From Trichinella spiralis (taxonomy: Eukaryota), in NCBI RefSeq assembly GCF_000181795.1, contig NW_003526943.1:11460007-11524006 (forward strand): a stretch of DNA of 64,000 nt. The letters are read 5' to 3'. The translations under genes and the position numbers were made by a program. This document shows positions 61,320 through 64,000 of this stretch, in pieces. How positions within the stretch are numbered: position 1 is the stretch's first letter; the number at the start of each line of letters is the position of its first letter. The notes below the pieces were generated by a model. It made no database searches. It worked only from the letters and a program-made list of their open reading frames with translations, and was not told the DNA's origin.

Positions 61320-64000
61320 CTAGTGGATGTGACCGTCACAAGTGATGCTAGCCTGATGATGCTGTTGTTGTTGTTGTTGTTGCTGATGATGATGACCATC
61401 ATCACCATCCTCGGATGATGCTGCCCCGGCGGCAGCGTCGGCTAGCAGCAAGCTTGGCGGTTTCTGCTTGCGGCTCTTCAACAAGTACACATCCATGCCG
61501 CCGTCGACGCCTTTCACCGAAATGTGGTCGCGGAATTCGAATTCGTAAACGGTGTCCAAGCGTTCTTTAGCCTGACGGCTGACTTGGATCCGACCGACCA
61601 CGCCGGTCGAATACATCCGGCTGCCGATGTTGACCGTATCGCCCCAGATGTCGTAGTAGAGCTTGGTGGTGCCGATCACGCCGGCAGTGACCGGGCCGAT
61701 GTTGAAGCCGATCTTCATCCTGAATTCGAAGCTCAGCAGATCTTTGTTGAAATTGTCCAACGTCTCTTGCAACGCCAACGCGAACTCCATCAACTCGTAC
61801 AAATGGCTGTACGGATGCATGCTGAGGCGCCGGCGGGCGGGGTTCAGGCCAGAGGCGGCCATATAAGTCGGACCGATCGTTTTGATCTTTTCGACTTGAG
61901 TGAATTCAGGCCTGTCGAGCAGTTCGTCGAAATCGCTGACCAGCTCGTTCAAGACGCGCAAAAATTCCCTGCCCCCCTCGTATGTCTCTTCGTACATGTC
62001 GTTCCAGTTGACCACGCTGGCGAACAGTACCGCCACCATGGCGTGATTTTCCGAATATTTCGACGTTCTGGCCAGATGTTCGACCACGTGGTGCGGAATG
62101 ATGTTGCTCAACAGCCAGTCGGCTTGGTCTTTCATCTCTTTCATGCGACGTATCGTCTCGCAGGCTTGCAAGTCGCCGTAGAAGCTCATTCTGAAGCTCG
62201 CCTCGAACTGATAATTCAAATAGATCACCAACAAGCAGGCCAACAGCACGACCATGTAAATTTCATTTCTACAACAACTGTACTGTTGGTGGTCTGACTG
62301 CACGAACAGCTTTTCCTTTTCATGTTCATGTTCCAGTTGTTGTTGTTGTTGTTGTTGCTGATGATGATGATGCTGCTGCTGCACATCGTGCTGCTGGTGG
62401 TGGTCTGGGATCAGTGGAACAACGCCGCCGCCGCCGCCACCGTCGTCCGGACCATTCACCGTGGCGTTGTAAAATACAACCGTACTATTGACGAGACCAA
62501 CCGCAGCCGTGTGCGACGGCTGGCAATTGGAAGCGCACAAGTGGACCATGGTCACCAGACCGATGCCGATCAAACAGCAGAACAGGGATTTGGGCCAGCT
62601 ACGAATTTGACTGTAGTTGACGTGGCCGAACATGACCATCAGCACCAGCAGGCAGAACAACAGCAGCAGACTTTCGGACTGCCAGTAGCGCGGCTGGGCG
62701 AAGCTGAAGCCGGCGGCCGGGCAGTGGACGCTGGCCAGCAGAGCGCCCAGTGGCAAATTGATCATGGTCAAACTGAGCGCGTGTTTGGGCCACCAGCGGA
62801 CCCAGATCGACGGCAGCGTGGCTCGGCTGAGCACGCAGCGCAGCGTCCAAGCGGCCAATGCGAGCACAAACGAGCCGGACAGCGTCGCGTAGGTGACAAA
62901 AGCCGCGTTGTACCACCACTGGTCGTTGACCGCCAGCATGCAAATCAACAGCAACGTCCAAAACACAATCGTCGACACCACCAAGTCCATGACAACGCTG
63001 AATTTGGGCGGGTCGACGCGCCAGTCGTCCAAACGGGCGACTTTGACGGCCAAGGGGTCGGTGGCAGCAGCGGTGGCGGCTGTTGTGGCGGGTTCTTGGT
63101 GTTCGGGGTTGTCGGTTTGGGCTTCTTGTTCGCCGACCGACCGCCGGGCGCCGAGCTCGAAGTGAGCCCTGTACTGCTGTTCCACGGCCGGGTCGATGAA
63201 ATTCAACGTGCGCGTCAGCGCCTTGCGGCGGACCAGGTAGTCGCCGCGCGCCAGACTGGAGCCGCGGATCGCGTCCGCGAGCCTGTGGTCAAAGTCCACG
63301 TGGTCGGCTTCGAAGCGCGAGATGCTGGCCGTGTGCGTCGAAAGTACGTGGTCGATGCTGCTTTCGACGCCGTCGACGCCGGATACGAATTCCGCATTGC
63401 GGTCCGAGTCGAAAGTGACCACGCGGCTCGACCGCCTCGGTTCCGGCTCGGTATTTTCCGACAATTTCTCCAACGGCACCTGCTCGCCGCCAGTGGTCAC
63501 CGAGGCGGTCTTGGACGGCTCGACCAGCGACGCCGACGCCCACTTGGTGCGTTGGTTCAAAGCGACCTGAGAAGCAAGCAAACAAACAAACACAAATTAT
63601 CACACGATGAGGTGGTTTCGCTTTCACCTTTACTCTCCCTCTCACTTACCCCTGGAGGAAAGATGGAATCACTTTTGCAGCGTTCGGATGAACTCAAATT
63701 CGATACCGACAACGTTTTGTTCAAACACTAAATTTAGAAGAGAAAAAAGTGAATATTTCAATGGAAACAACAAAACAAAACAAAAAACAACATCTACTTA
63801 CTTTTTTAGAATTAACAGCCGCATCTGAAATTGCCATGTCCGAACTGTCAATGTGTCGCAATTCAGACGAACGCAAACGATCTGTACAATAAAATAAACA
63901 TAATAAAATATGAAAATCGATGCAATGAAATATGCTGTATCGTATATACCGTGAATATGAGTGTTAGAAATGGAAGACGGTGGCGGTGGAGACGGTACGT
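61320..64000 (-). CDS. acy-1: Transmembrane adenylyl cyclase (ADCY9/ACY-1-like), 3' part; terminal exon 63566-61320 plus small upstream exons, continuing beyond the right edge
   Basis: Second TM cassette followed by the C2 domain: QADWLLSNIIPHHV, YEETYEGGREFLRVLNELVSDFDELLDRPEF, KIKTIGPTYMAASG, GVIGTTKLYYDIWGDTVNIGSRM (ADCY9-type). Confidence 0.93.

Noticed and set aside
62322..63731. 469-aa plus-strand ORF (also 61524-62297)
   Set aside because: Antisense shadow of the GC3-rich cyclase exon; no independent motifs.

Overview
Eukaryotic, AT-rich genomic DNA with short GT-AG introns (TTTCAG/TTTAG acceptors) and CAA/CAG-rich low-complexity coding. The style suggests a nematode, probably a clade I trichinellid such as Trichinella; this is an inference, not a database result. 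Layout: (i) a dense 1-12 kb cluster with a SUN-like membrane protein (5' part), a divergent RPB5 paralog, an ABHD17-like hydrolase, an Ig+EGF single-pass membrane protein, a divergent TAF5-like WD40 protein and an activin type II receptor; (ii) Ty3/gypsy RT and piggyBac relics followed by an intronless peptide-type GPCR; (iii) an ~18 kb stretch with no recognisable coding sequence; (iv) TP53I11-, TMEM131- and RBBP6-like multi-exon genes; (v) a deleted chimeric gypsy LTR element; (vi) the 3' part of an ADCY9/acy-1-like adenylyl cyclase. The most interesting signal is the close clustering of intron-poor, divergent paralogs of core transcription machinery (RPB5, TAF5) with an Ig-EGF surface protein, which could be a stage- or germline-specific module. 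Exon boundaries were read by eye and homologies recalled from memory; no searches were run.
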